NCBI RefSeq assembly: GCF_009914755.1
Contig: NC_060944.1
Strand: one strand, 5' to 3'
Length of the DNA stretch: 64,000 nt
Origin: the human T2T-CHM13v2.0 reference genome, Homo sapiens
In this document: positions 25,253-40,200 of the stretch, piece by piece
How positions within the stretch are numbered: the stretch's first letter is position 1
How the letters are laid out: each line of letters begins with the position of its first letter
Notes under the pieces: generated by a model
Database searches by the model: none
Told to the model about the DNA's origin: nothing
What the model saw: only the letters and a program-made list of their open reading frames with translations
Translations under genes and position numbers: made by a program

Positions 25253-28200
25253 CATTCTCAGAAACTTATTTGTGATGTGTTTGCTCAACTAACAGGATTG
25301 AACCATCGTTTTGAAGGAGCAGTTTTGAAACACTGTTTTCGTGGAATCTGCAAGTGGATATTTGGCTAGCTTTGAGGATTTCGTTGGAAACGGGATTACA
25401 TATAAAAAGGAGACAGCAGCATTCTCAGAAACTTCTTTGTGATGTCTGCATTCAATTCACAGAGTTGAGCATTCCCTTTCATAGAGCAGGTTGGAAACAC
25501 TCTTTTTGTAGTATCTGGATGAGGACATTTGGAGCGCTTTCAGGCGTATGGTGAAAAAGGAAATATCTTCCCGTAAAAACTAGACAGAAGCATTCTCAGA
25601 AGTTTATTTGTGATGTGTGCCCTCAACTAACAGAGTTGAACCTTTCTTTTGATAGAGCAGTTTTGAAACACTCTTTTTGTAAAATCTGCAAGAGGATATT
25701 TGGATAGCTTTGAGGATTTCGTTGCAAACGGGAATGGCTTCATATAAACTCTAGACAGAAGCATTCTCAGAAACTTCGTTGGGATGTTTCTATTGAAGTC
25801 CCAGTGTTGAACACTCCTTTTTATAGAGCAGGTTGGAAACACTCTTTCTGCATTCCCTGGAAGTGGACATTTGGAGCGCTTTCAGGACGACGGTGAAAAT
25901 GGAAATATCTTCCAAGAAAATCTAGATAGAAGCAATGTCAGAAACTTTTATGTGATGGATCTACTCAGCTAACAGAGTTGAACCTTTCTTTTGAGAGAGC
26001 AGTTTTGCAACACTCTTTTTGTGGAATATGCAAGTGGATATTAGGGCAGCTTTGAGGATTTCGTTGGAAACGGGAATACATGTAAAAAGCAGACAGCAGC
26101 ATTCTCAGAAACTTCTTTGTGATGTTTGCATTGAAGTCACAGAGTTGAACATTCCCTTTGAGAGAGCAGGTTTGAAACACGCCTTTTGTCATATCTGGAA
26201 GTGTCCATTCGGAGCGCATTCAGGCTTGTGTTGAAAAAGGAAATATCCTCCCATAAAAACTAGACAGAAGCATTCTCAGAAACTTATCTGTGATGTATGT
26301 ACTCAACTAACAGAACTAAACCATCGTTTTGAAGGAGCAGTTTTGAAACACTCTTTTTGCGGAATCTGCAAGTGGATATTTGGCTAGCTGGGAGGATTTC
26401 GTTGGAAACGGGATTACATACAAAAAGCAGAGAGCAGCATTCTCAGAAACTTCTTTGTGATGTTTGCATTCAAGTCACAGAGTTGAACATTCCCTTTCAT
26501 AGAGCAGGTTTGAAACACTCTTTTTGTAGTATCTGGATGTGGACATTTGGATCGCTTTCAGGCCTATGGTGAAAAAGGAAATATCTTCCCATGAAAACTA
26601 GACAGAAGCATTCTCAGAAACTTATTTGTGATGTGTGCCCTCAACTGACAGTGTTGAACCTTTGTTTTGATAGAGCAGTTCTGAAACACACTTTTTGTAA
26701 AATCTGCAAGAGGATATTTGGATAGCTTTGAGGATTTCGTTGGAAACGGGAATGTCTTCATGTAAACTCTGGACAGAAGCATTCTCAGAAACTGCTTTGG
26801 GATGTTTCAATTGAAGTCCCAGTGTTGAACATTCCCTTTCATAGAGCAGGTTTGAAACACTCTTTTTGTACTATCTGGAAGTGGACATTTGGAGCGCTTT
26901 CAGGTCTACGGTGAAAAAGGAGATATCTTCCAATAAAAACTAGATAGAAGCAATGTCAGAACTTTTTTCATGATGTATCTACTCAGCAAACAGAGTTGAA
27001 CCTTTCTTTTGAGAGAGCAGTTTTGAAACACTCTTTTTGTGGAATATGCAAGTGGGTATTAGGCCAGCTTGGAGGATTTCGTTGGAAACGGGAATACGTA
27101 TAAAAAGCAGACAGCAGCATTGTCAGAAACTACTTTGTGATGTTTGCATTCAAGTCACAGAATTGAACACTCCCTTTCACAGAGCAGGTTTGAAACACTC
27201 TTTTTGTAGTGTCTGTAAGTGAACATTTGGATTGCTTTCAGGCCTAAGGTGAAAAAGGAAATATCTTCCCATAAAAACTAGACAGAAGCATTCTCAGAAA
27301 CTTGTTTGTGATGTGTGCCCTCTACTGACAGAGTTGAACCTTTCTTTGCAAAGAGCAGTTTTGAAACACTCTTTTTGTAGAATCTGCAAGAGGATATTTG
27401 GATAGCTTTGAGGATTTCTTGGGAAACGGGAATGTCTTCAGATAAACTCTAGACAGAAGCATTCTCAGAAACTTCTTTGGGATGTTTCAATTGAACTCAC
27501 AGTGTTGAACATTCCCTTTCACAGAGCAGGTTTGAAACACTCTTTTTGTAGTGTCTATAAGTGAACATTTGGCGTGCTTTCAGGCCTAACGTGAAAAAGG
27601 AAATATCTTCCCATAAAAACTAGACAGAAGCATTCTCAGAAACTTGTTCGTGATGTGTGCCCTCTACTGACAGAGTTGAACCTTTCTTTGCAAAGAGCAG
27701 CTTTGAAACACACTTTTTGTAGAATCTGCAAGAGGATATTTGGATAGCTTGGAGGATTTCGTTGGAAACGGGTATGTCTTCAGATAAACTCTAGACAGAA
27801 GCATTCTCAGAAACTTCTTTGGGATGTTGCATTCAAGTCACAGAGTAGAACATTCCCATTCATAGAGCAGATTTGAAACACTCTTTTTGTAGTATCTGGA
27901 AGTGGACATTTGGAGCGCTTTCAGGCCTATGTTGAAAAAGGAAATATCTTCCCATAAAAACTAGACGGAAGCATTCTCAGAAACTTATTTGTGATGTGTT
28001 TGCTCAACTAACAGGATTGAACCATCGTTTTGAAGGAGCAGTTTTGAAACACTGTTTTCGTGGAATCTGCAAGTGGATATTTGGCTAGCTTTGAGGATTT
28101 CGTTGGAAACGGGATTACATATAAAAAGGAGACAGCAGCATTCTCAGAAACTTCTTTGTGATGTCTGCATTCAATTCACAGAGTTGAGCATTCCCTTTCA

Positions 28201-31200
28201 TAGAGCAGGTTGGAAACACTCTTTTTGTAGTATCTGGATGAGGACATTTGGAGCGCTTTCAGGCGTATGGTGAAAAAGGAAATATCTTCCCGTAAAAACT
28301 AGACAGAAGCATTCTCAGAAGTTTATTTGTGATGTGTGCCCTCAACTAACAGAGTTGAACCTTTCTTTTGATAGAGCAGTTTTGAAACACTCTTTTTGTA
28401 AAATCTGCAAGAGGATATTTGGATAGCTTTGAGGATTTCGTTGCAAACGAGAATGGCTTCATATAAACTCTAGACAGAAGCATTCTCAGAAACTTCGTTG
28501 GGATGTTTCGATTGAAGTCCCAGTGTTGAACATTCCCTTTTTTATAGAGCAGGTTGGAAACACTCTTTCTGCATTCCCTGGAAGTGGACATTTGGAGCGC
28601 TTTCAGGACGACGGTGAAAATGGAAATATCTTCCAAGAAAATCTAGATAGAAGCAATGTCAGAAACTTTTATGTGATGGATCTACTCAGCTAACAGAGTT
28701 GAACCTTTCTTTTGAGAGAGCAGTTTTGCAACACTCTTTTTGTGGAATATGCAAGTGGATATTAGGGCAGCTTTGAGGATTTCGTTGGAAACGGGAATAC
28801 ATGTAAAAAGCAGACAGCAGCATTCTCAGAAACTCCTTTGTGATGTTTGCATTGAAGTCACAGAGTTGAACATTCCCTTTGAGAGAGCAGGTTTGAAACA
28901 CGCCTTTTGTCATATCTGGAAGTGTCCATTCGGAGCGCATTCAGGCTTGTGTTGAAAAAGGAAATATCCTCCCATAAAAACTAGACAGAAGCATTCTCAG
29001 AAACTTATCTGTGATGTATGTACTCAACTAACAGAACTAAACCATCGTTTTGAAGGAGCAGTTTTGAAACACTCTTTTTGCGGAATCTGCAAGTGGATAT
29101 TTGGCTAGCTGGGAGGATTTCGTTGGAAACGGGATTACATACAAAAAGCAGACAGCAGCATTCTCAGAAACTTCTTTGTGATGTTTGCATTCAAGTCACA
29201 GAGTTGAACATTCCCTTTCATAGAGCAGGTTTGAAACACTCTTTTTGTAGTATCTGGATGTGGACATTTGGATCGCTTTCAGGCCTATGGTGAAAAAGGA
29301 AATATCTTCCCATGAAGACTAGACAGAAGCATTCTCAGAAACTTATTTGTGATGTGTGCCCTCAACTGACAGTGTTGAACCTTTGTTTTGATAGAGCAGT
29401 TCTGAAACACACTTTTTGTAAAATCTGCAAGAGGATATTTGGATAGCTTTGAGGATTTCGTTGGAAACGGGAATGTCTTCATGTAAACTCTAGACAGAAG
29501 CATTCTCAGAAACTGCTTTGGGATGTTTCAATTGAAGTCCCAGTGTTGAACATTCCCATTCATAGAGCAGGTTTGAAACACTCTTTTTGTACTATCTGGA
29601 AGTGGACATTTGGAGCGCTTTCAGGTCTACGGTGAAAAAGGAGATATCTTCCAATAAAAACTAGATAGAAGCAATGTCAGAACTTTTTTCATGATGTATC
29701 TACTCAGCAAACAGAGTTGAACCTTTCTTTTGAGAGAGCAGTTTTGAAACACTCTTTTTGTGGAATATGCAAGTGGGTATTAGGCCAGCTTGGAGGATTT
29801 CGTTGGAAACGGGAATACGTATAAAAAGCAGACAGCAGCATTGTCAGAAACTACTTTGTGATGTTTGCATTCAAGTCACAGAATTGAACACTCCCTTTCA
29901 CAGAGCAGGTTTGAAACACTCTTTTTGTAGTGTCTGTAAGTGAACATTTGGATTGCTTTCAGGCCTAAGGTGAAAAAGGAAATATTTTCCCATAAAAACT
30001 AGACAGAAGCATTCTCAGAAACTTGTTTGTGATGTGTGCCCTCTACTGACAGAGTTGAAGCTTTCTTTGCAAAGAGCAGTTTTGAAACACTCTTTTTGTA
30101 GAATCTGCAAGAGGATATTTGGTTAGCTTTGAGGATTTCTTGGGAAACGGGAATGTCTTCAGATAAACTCTAGACAGAAGCATTCTCAGAAACTTCTTTG
30201 GGATGTTTCAATTGAAGTCACAGTGTTGAACATTCCCTTTCACAGAGCAGGTTTGAAACACTCTTTTTGTAGTGTCTATAAGTGAACATTTGGCGTGCTT
30301 TCAGGCCTAACGTGAAAAAGGAAATATCTTCCCATAAAAACTAGACAGAAGCATTCTCAGAAACTTGTTCTTGATGTGTCCCCTCTACTGACAGAGTTGA
30401 ACCTTTCTTTGCAAAGAGCAGCTTTGAAACACTCTTTTTGTAGAATCTGCAAGAGGATATTTGGATAGCTTGGAGGATTTCGTTGGAAACGGGTATGTCT
30501 TCAGATAAACTCTAGACAGAAGCATTCTCAGAAACTTCTTTGGGATGTTGCATTCAAGTCACAGAGTAGAACATTCCCATTCATAGAGCAGATTTGAAAC
30601 ACTCTTTTTGTAGTATCTGGAAGTGGACATTTGGAGCGCTTTCAGGCCTATGTTGAAAAAGGAAATATCTTCCCATAAAAACTAGACGGAAGCATTCTCA
30701 GAAACTTATTTGTGATGTGTTTGCTCAACTAACAGGATTGAACCATCGTTTTGAAGGAGCAGTTTTGAAACACTGTTTTCGTGGAATCTGCAAGTGGATA
30801 TTTGGCTAGCTTTGAGGATTTCGTTGGAAACGGGATTACATATAAAAAGGAGACAGCAGCATTCTCAGAAACTTCTTTGTGATGTCTGCATTCAATTCAC
30901 AGAGTTGAGCATTCCCTTTCATAGAGCAGGTTGGAAACACTCTTTTTGTAGTATCTGGATGAGGACATTTGGAGCGCTTTCAGGCGTATGGTGAAAAAGG
31001 AAATATCTTCCCGTAAAAACTAGACAGAAGCATTCTCAGAAGTTTATTTGTGATGTGTGCCCTCAACTAACAGAGTTGAACCTTTCTTTTGATAGAGCAG
31101 TTTTGAAACACTCTTTTTGTAAAATCTGCAAGAGGATATTTGGATAGCTTTGAGGATTTCGTTGCAAACGGGAATGGCTTCATATAAACTCTAGACAGAA

Positions 31201-34200
31201 GCATTCTCAGAAACTTCGTTGGGATGTTTCTATTGAAGTCCCAGTGTTGAACACTCCTTTTTATAGAGCAGGTTGGAAACACTCTTTCTGCATTCCCTGG
31301 AAGTGGACATTTGGAGCGCTTTCAGGACGACGGTGAAAATGGAAATATCTTCCAAGAAAATCTAGATAGAAGCAATGTCAGAAACTTTTATGTGATGGAT
31401 CTACTCAGCTAACAGAGTTGAACCTTTCTTTTGAGAGAGCAGTTTTGCAACACTCTTTTTGTGGAATATGCAAGTGGATATTAGGGCAGCTTTGAGGATT
31501 TCGTTGGAAACGGGAATACATGTAAAAAGCAGACAGCAGCATTCTCAGAAACTTCTTTGTGATGTTTGCATTGAAGTCACAGAGTTGAACATTCCCTTTG
31601 AGAGAGCAGGTTTGAAACACGCCTTTTGTCATATCTGGAAGTGTCCATTCGGAGCGCATTCAGGCTTGTGTTGAAAAAGGAAATATCCTCCCATAAAAAC
31701 TAGACAGAAGCATTCTCAGAAACTTATCTGTGATGTATGTACTCAACTAACAGAACTAAACCATCGTTTTGAAGGAGCAGTTTTGAAACACTCTTTTTGC
31801 GGAATCTGCAAGTGGATATTTGGCTAGCTGGGAGGATTTCGTTGGAAACGGGATTACATACAAAAAGCAGACAGCAGCATTCTCAGAAACTTCTTTGTGA
31901 TGTTTGCATTCAAGTCACAGAGTTGAACATTCCCTTTCATAGAGCAGGTTTGAAACACTCTTTTTGTAGTATCTGGATGTGGACATTTGGATCGCTTTCA
32001 GGCCTATGGTGAAAAAGGAAATATCTTCCCATGAAAACTAGACAGAAGCATTCTCAGAAACTTATTTGTGATGTGTGCCCTCAACTGACAGTGTTGAACC
32101 TTTGTTTTGATAGAGCAGTTCTGAAACACACTTTTTGTAAAATCTGCAAGAGGATATTTGGATAGCTTTGAGGATTTCGTTGGAAACGGGAATGTCTTCA
32201 TGTAAACTCTGGACAGAAGCATTCTCAGAAACTGCTTTGGGATGTTTCAATTGAAGTCCCAGTGTTGAACATTCCCTTTCATAGAGCAGGTTTGAAACAC
32301 TCTTTTTGTACTATCTGGAAGTGGACATTTGGAGCGCTTTCAGGTCTACGGTGAAAAAGGAGATATCTTCCAATAAAAACTAGATAGAAGCAATGTCAGA
32401 ACTTTTTTCATGATGTATCTACTCAGCAAACAGAGTTGAACCTTTCTTTTGAGAGAGCAGTTTTGAAACACTCTTTTTGTGGAATATGCAAGTGGGTATT
32501 AGGCCAGCTTGGAGGATTTCGTTGGAAACGGGAATACGTATAAAAAGCAGACAGCAGCATTGTCAGAAACTACTTTGTGATGTTTGCATTCAAGTCACAG
32601 AATTGAACACTCCCTTTCACAGAGCAGGTTTGAAACACTCTTTTTGTAGTGTCTGTAAGTGAACATTTGGATTGCTTTCAGGCCTAAGGTGAAAAAGGAA
32701 ATATCTTCCCATAAAAACTAGACAGAAGCATTCTCAGAAACTTGTTTGTGATGTGTGCCCTCTACTGACAGAGTTGAACCTTTCTTTGCAAAGAGCAGTT
32801 TTGAAACACTCTTTTTGTAGAATCTGCAAGAGGATATTTGGATAGCTTTGAGGATTTCTTGGGAAACGGGAATGTCTTCAGATAAACTCTAGACAGAAGC
32901 ATTCTCAGAAACTTCTTTGGGATGTTTCAATTGAAGTCACAGTGTTGAACATTCCCTTTCACAGAGCAGGTTTGAAACACTCTTTTTGTAGTGTCTATAA
33001 GTGAACATTTGGCGTGCTTTCAGGCCTAACGTGAAAAAGGAAATATCTTCCCATAAAAACTAGACAGAAGCATTCTCAGAAACTTGTTCGTGATGTGTGC
33101 CCTCTACTGACAGAGTTGAACCTTTCTTTGCAAAGAGCAGCTTTGAAACACACTTTTTGTAGAATCTGCAAGAGGATATTTGGATAGCTTGGAGGATTTC
33201 GTTGGAAACGGGTATGTCTTCAGATAAACTCTAGACAGAAGCATTCTCAGAAACTTCTTTGGGATGTTGCATTCAAGTCACAGAGTAGAACATTCCCATT
33301 CATAGAGCAGATTTGAAACACTCTTTTTGTAGTATCTGGAAGTGGACATTTGGAGCGCTTTCAGGCCTATGTTGAAAAAGGAAATATCTTCCCATAAAAA
33401 CTAGACGGAAGCATTCTCAGAAACTTATTTGTGATGTGTTTGCTCAACTAACAGGATTGAACCATCGTTTTGAAGGAGCAGTTTTGCAACACTGTTTTCG
33501 TGGAATCTGCAAGTGGATATTTGGCTAGCTTTGAGGATTTCGTTGGAAACGGGATTACATATAAAAAGGAGACAGCAGCATTCTCAGAAACTTCTTTGTG
33601 ATGTCTGCATTCAATTCACAGAGTTGAGCATTCCCTTTCATAGAGCAGGTTGGAAACACTCTTTTTGTAGTATCTGGATGAGGACATTTGGAGCGCTTTC
33701 AGGCGTATGGTGAAAAAGGAAATATCTTCCCGTAAAAACTAGACAGAAGCATTCTCAGAAGTTTATTTGTGATGTGTGCCCTCAACTAACAGAGTTGAAC
33801 CTTTCTTTTGATAGAGCAGTTTTGAAACACTCTTTTTGTAAAATCTGCAAGAGGATATTTGGATAGCTTTGAGGATTTCGTTGCAAACGAGAATGGCTTC
33901 ATATAAACTCTAGACAGAAGCATTCTCAGAAACTTCGTTGGGATGTTTCGATTGAAGTCCCAGTGTTGAACATTCCCTTTTATAGAGCAGGTTGGAAACA
34001 CTCTTTCTGCATTCCCTGGAAGTGGACATTTGGAGCGCTTTCAGGACGACGGTGAAAATGGAAATATCTTCCAAGAAAATCTAGATAGAAGCAATGTCAG
34101 AAACTTTTATGTGATGGATCTACTCAGCTAACAGAGTTGAACCTTTCTTTTGAGAGAGCAGTTTTGCAACACTCTTTTTGTGGAATATGCAAGTGGATAT

Positions 34201-37200
34201 TAGGGCAGCTTTGAGGATTTCGTTGGAAACGGGAATACATGTAAAAAGCAGACAGCAGCATTCTCAGAAACTTCTTTGTGATGTTTGCATTGAAGTCACA
34301 GAGTTGAACATTCCCTTTGAGAGAGCAGGTTTGAAACACGCCTTTTGTCATATCTGGAAGTGTCCATTCGGAGCGCATTCAGGCTTGTGTTGAAAAAGGA
34401 AATATCCTCCCATAAAAACTAGACAGAAGCATTCTCAGAAACTTATCTGTGATGTATGTACTCAACTAACAGAACTAAACCATCGTTTTGAAGGAGCAGT
34501 TTTGAAACACTCTTTTTGCGGAATCTGCAAGTGGATATTTGGCTAGCTGGGAGGATTTCGTTGGAAACGGGATTACATACAAAAAGCAGACAGCAGCATT
34601 CTCAGAAACTTCTTTGTGATGTTTGCATTCAAGTCACAGAGTTGAACATTCCCTTTCATAGAGCAGGTTTGAAACACTCTTTTTGTAGTATCTGGATGTG
34701 GACATTTGGATCGCTTTCAGGCCTATGGTGAAAAAGGAAATATCTTCCCATGAAGACTAGACAGAAGCATTCTCAGAAACTTATTTGTGATGTGTGCCCT
34801 CAACTGACAGTGTTGAACCTTTGTTTTGATAGAGCAGTTCTGAAACACACTTTTTGTAAAATCTGCAAGAGGATATTTGGATAGCTTTGAGGATTTCGTT
34901 GGAAACGGGAATGTCTTCATGTAAACTCTAGACAGAAGCATTCTCAGAAACTGCTTTGGGATGTTTCAATTGAAGTCCCAGTGTTGAACATTCCCATTCA
35001 TAGAGCAGGTTTGAAACACTCTTTTTGTACTATCTGGAAGTGGACATTTGGAGCGCTTTCAGGTCTACGGTGAAAAAGGAGATATCTTCCAATAAAAACT
35101 AGATAGAAGCAATGTCAGAACTTTTTTCATGATGTATCTACTCAGCAAACAGAGTTGAACCTTTCTTTTGAGAGAGCAGTTTTGAAACACTCTTTTTGTG
35201 GAATATGCAAGTGGGTATTAGGCCAGCTTGGAGGATTTCGTTGGAAACGGGAATACGTATAAAAAGCAGACAGCAGCATTGTCAGAAACTACTTTGTGAT
35301 GTTTGCATTCAAGTCACAGAATTGAACACTCCCTTTCACAGAGCAGGTTTGAAACACTCTTTTTGTAGTGTCTGTAAGTGAACATTTGGATTGCTTTCAG
35401 GCCTAAGGTGAAAAAGGAAATATTTTCCCATAAAAACTAGACAGAAGCATTCTCAGAAACTTGTTTGTGATGTGTGCCCTCTACTGACAGAGTTGAAGCT
35501 TTCTTTGCAAAGAGCAGTTTTGAAACACTCTTTTTGTAGAATCTGCAAGAGGATATTTGGATAGCTTTGAGGATTTCTTGGGAAACGGGAATGTCTTCAG
35601 ATAAACTCTAGACAGAAGCATTCTCAGAAACTTCTTTGGGATGTTTCAATTGAAGTCACAGTGTTGAACATTCCCTTTCACAGAGCAGGTTTGAAACACT
35701 CTTTTTGTAGTGTCTATAAGTGAACATTTGGCGTGCTTTCAGGCCTAACGTGAAAAAGGAAATATCTTCCCATAAAAACTAGACAGAAGCATTCTCAGAA
35801 ACTTGTTCTTGATGTGTCCCCTCTACTGACAGAGTTGAACCTTTCTTTGCAAAGAGCAGCTTTGAAACACTCTTTTTGTAGAATCTGCAAGAGGATATTT
35901 GGATAGCTTGGAGGATTTCGTTGGAAACGGGTATGTCTTCAGATAAACTCTAGACAGAAGCATTCTCAGAAACTTCTTTGGGATGTTGCATTCAAGTCAC
36001 AGAGTAGAACATTCCCATTCATAGAGCAGATTTGAAACACTCTTTTTGTAGTATCTGGAAGTGGACATTTGGAGCGCTTTCAGGCCTATGTTGAAAAAGG
36101 AAATATCTTCCCATAAAAACTAGACGGAAGCATTCTCAGAAACTTATTTGTGATGTGTTTGCTCAACTAACAGGATTGAACCATCGTTTTGAAGGAGCAG
36201 TTTTGAAACACTGTTTTCGTGGAATCTGCAAGTGGATATTTGGCTAGCTTTGAGGATTTCGTTGGAAACGGGATTACATATAAAAAGGAGACAGCAGCAT
36301 TCTCAGAAACTTCTTTGTGATGTCTGCATTCAATTCACAGAGTTGAGCATTCCCTTTCATAGAGCAGGTTGGAAACACTCTTTTTGTAGTATCTGGATGA
36401 GGACATTTGGAGCGCTTTCAGGCGTATGGTGAAAAAGGAAATATCTTCCCGTAAAAACTAGACAGAAGCATTCTCAGAAGTTTATTTGTGATGTGTGCCC
36501 TCAACTAACAGAGTTGAACCTTTCTTTTGATAGAGCAGTTTTGAAACACTCTTTTTGTAAAATCTGCAAGAGGATATTTGGATAGCTTTGAGGATTTCGT
36601 TGCAAACGGGAATGGCTTCATATAAACTCTAGACAGAAGCATTCTCAGAAACTTCGTTGGGATGTTTCGATTGAAGTCCCAGTGTTGAACATTCCCTTTT
36701 ATAGAGCAGGTTGGAAACACTCTTTCTGCATTCCCTGGAAGTGGACATTTGGAGCGCTTTCAGGACGACGGTGAAAATGGAAATATCTTCCAAGAAAATC
36801 TAGATAGAAGCAACGTCAGAAACTTTTATGTGATGGATCTACTCAGCTAACAGAGTTGAACCTTTCTTTTGAGAGAGCAGTTTTGCAACACTCTTTTTGT
36901 GGAATATGCAAGTGGATATTAGGGCAGCTTTGAGGATTTCGTTGGAAACGGGAATACATGTAAAAAGCAGACAGCAGCATTCTCAGAAACTTCTTTGTGA
37001 TGTTTGCATTGAAGTCACAGAGTTGAACATTCCCTTTGAGAGAGCAGGTTTGAAACACGCCTTTTGTCATATCTGGAAGTGTCCATTCGGAGCGCATTCA
37101 GGCTTGTGTTGAAAAAGGAAATATCCTCCCATAAAAACTAGACAGAAGCATTCTCAGAAACTTATTTGTGATGTATGTACTCAACTAACAGAACTAAACC

Positions 37201-40200
37201 ATCGTTTTGAAGGAGCAGTTTTGAAACACTCTTTTTGCGGAATCTGCAAGTGGATATTTGGCTAGCTGGGAGGATTTCGTTGGAAACGGGATTACATACA
37301 AAAAGCAGAGAGCAGCATTCTCAGAAACTTCTTTGTGATGTTTGCATTCAAGTCACAGAGTTGAACATTCCCTTTCATAGAGCAGGTTTGAAACACTCTT
37401 TTTGTAGTATCTGGATGTGGACATTTGGATCGCTTTCAGGCCTATGGTGAAAAAGGAAATATCTTCCCATGAAAACTAGACAGAAGCATTCTCAGAAACT
37501 TATTTGTGATGTGTGCCCTCAACTGACAGTGTTGAACCTTTGTTTTGATAGAGCAGTTCTGAAACACACTTTTTGTAAAATCTGCAAGAGGATATTTGGA
37601 TAGCTTTGAGGATTTCGTTGGAAACGGGAATGTCTTCATGTAAACTCTAGACAGAAGCATTCTCAGAAACTGCTTTGGGATGTTTCAATTGAAGTCCCAG
37701 TGTTGAACATTCCCATTCATAGAGCAGGTTTGAAACACTCTTTTTGTACTATCTGGAAGTGGACATTTGGAGCGCTTTCAGGTCTACGGTGAAAAAGGAG
37801 ATATCTTCCAATAAAAACTAGATAGAAGCAATGTCAGAACTTTTTTCATGATGTATCTACTCAGCAAACAGAGTTGAACCTTTCTTTTGAGAGAGCAGTT
37901 TTGAAACACTCTTTTTGTGGAATATGCAAGTGGGTATTAGGCCAGCTTGGAGGATTTCGTTGGAAACGGGAATACGTATAAAAAGCAGACAGCAGCATTG
38001 TCAGAAACTACTTTGTGATGTTTGCATTCAAGTCACAGAATTGAACACTCCCTTTCACAGAGCAGGTTTGAAACACTCTTTTTGTAGTGTCTGTAAGTGA
38101 ACATTTGGATTGCTTTCAGGCCTAAGGTGAAAAAGGAAATATTTTCCCATAAAAACTAGACAGAAGCATTCTCAGAAACTTGTTTGTGATGTGTGCCCTC
38201 TACTGACAGAGTTGAACCTTTCTTTGCAAAGAGCAGTTTTGAAACACTCTTTTTGTAGAATCTGCAAGAGGATATTTGGATAGCTTTGAGGATTTCTTGG
38301 GAAACGGGAATGTCTTCAGATAAACTCTAGACAGAAGCATTCTCAGAAACTTCTTTGGGATGTTTCAATTGAAGTCACAGTGTTGAACATTCCCTTTCAC
38401 AGAGCAGGTTTGAAACACTCTTTTTGTAGTGTCTATAAGTGAACATTTGGCGTGCTTTCAGGCCTAACGTGAAAAAGGAAATATCTTCCCATAAAAACTA
38501 GACGGAAGCATTCTCAGAAACTTGTTCTTGATGTGTCCCCTCTACTGACAGAGTTGAACCTTTCTTTGCAAAGAGCAGCTTTGAAACACTCTTTTTGTAG
38601 AATCTGCAAGAGGATATTTGGATAGCTTGGAGGATTTCGTTGGAAACGGGTATGTCTTCAGATAAACTCTAGACAGAAGCATTCTCAGAAACTTCTTTGG
38701 GATGTTGCATTCAAGTCACAGAGTAGAACATTCCCATTCATAGAGCAGATTTGAAACACTCTTTTTGTAGTATCTGGAAGTGGACATTTGGAGCGCTTTC
38801 AGGCCTATGTTGAAAAAGGAAATATCTTCCCATAGAAACTAGACGGAAGCATTCTCAGAAACTTATTTGTGATGTGTTTGCTCAACTAACAGGATTGAAC
38901 CATCGTTTTGAAGGAGCAGTTTTGAAACACTGTTTTCGTGGAATCTGCAAGTGGATATTTGGCTAGCTTTGAGGATTTCGTTGGAAACGGGATTACATAT
39001 AAAAAGGAGACAGCAGCATTCTCAGAAACTTCTTTGTGATGTCTGCATTCAATTCACAGAGTTGAGCATTCCCTTTCATAGAGCAGGTTGGAAACACTCT
39101 TTTTGTAGTATCTGGATGAGGACATTTGGAGCGCTTTCAGGCGTATGGTGAAAAAGGAAATATCTTCCCGTAAAAACTAGACAGAAGCATTCTCAGAAGT
39201 TTATTTGTGATGTGTGCCCTCAACTAACAGAGTTGAACCTTTCTTTTGATAGAGCAGTTTTGAAACACTCTTTTTGTAAAATCTGCAAGAGGATATTTGG
39301 ATAGCTTTGAGGATTTCGTTGCAAACGGGAATGGCTTCATATAAACTCTAGACAGAAGCATTCTCAGAAACTTCGTTGGGATGTTTCGATTGAAGTCCCA
39401 GTGTTGAACATTCCCTTTTATAGAGCAGGTTGGAAACACTCTTTCTGCATTCCCTGGAAGTGGACATTTGGAGCGCTTTCAGGACGACGGTGAATATGGA
39501 AATATCTTCCAAGAAAATCTAGATAGAAGCAAAGTCAGAAACTTTTATGTGATGGATCTACTCAGCTAACAGAGTTGAACCTTTCTTTTGAGAGAGCAGT
39601 TTTGCAACACTCTTTTTGTGGAATATGCAAGTGGATATTAGGGCAGCTTTGAGGATTTCGTTGGAAACGGGAATACATGTAAAAAGCAGACAGCAGCATT
39701 CTCAGAAACTTCTTTGTGATGTTTGCATTGAAGTCACAGAGTTGAACATTCCCTTTGAGAGAGCAGGTTTGAAACACGCCTTTTGTCATATCTGGAAGTG
39801 TCCATTCAGAGCGCATTCAGGCTTGTGTTGAAAAAGGAAATATCCTCCCATAAAAACTAGACAGAAGCATTCTCAGAAACTTATTTGTGATGTATGTACT
39901 CAACTAACAGAACTAAACCATCGTTTTGAAGGAGCAGTTTTGAAACACTCTTTTTGCGGAATCTGCAAGTGGATATTTGGCTAGCTGGGAGGATTTCGTT
40001 GGAAACGGGATTACATACAAAAAGCAGAGAGCAGCATTCTCAGAAACTTCTTTGTGATGTTTGCATTCAAGTCACAGAGTTGAACATTCCCTTTCATAGA
40101 GCAGGTTTGAAACACTCTTTTTGTAGTATCTGGATGTGGACATTTGGATCGCTTTCAGGCCTATGGTGAAAAAGGAAATATCTTCCCATGAAAACTAGAC

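Noticed and set aside
28346-28636. Longest ORF (96 aa), unique in the window
   Set aside because: It is produced only by the +2 T slippage fusing two spurious frames.
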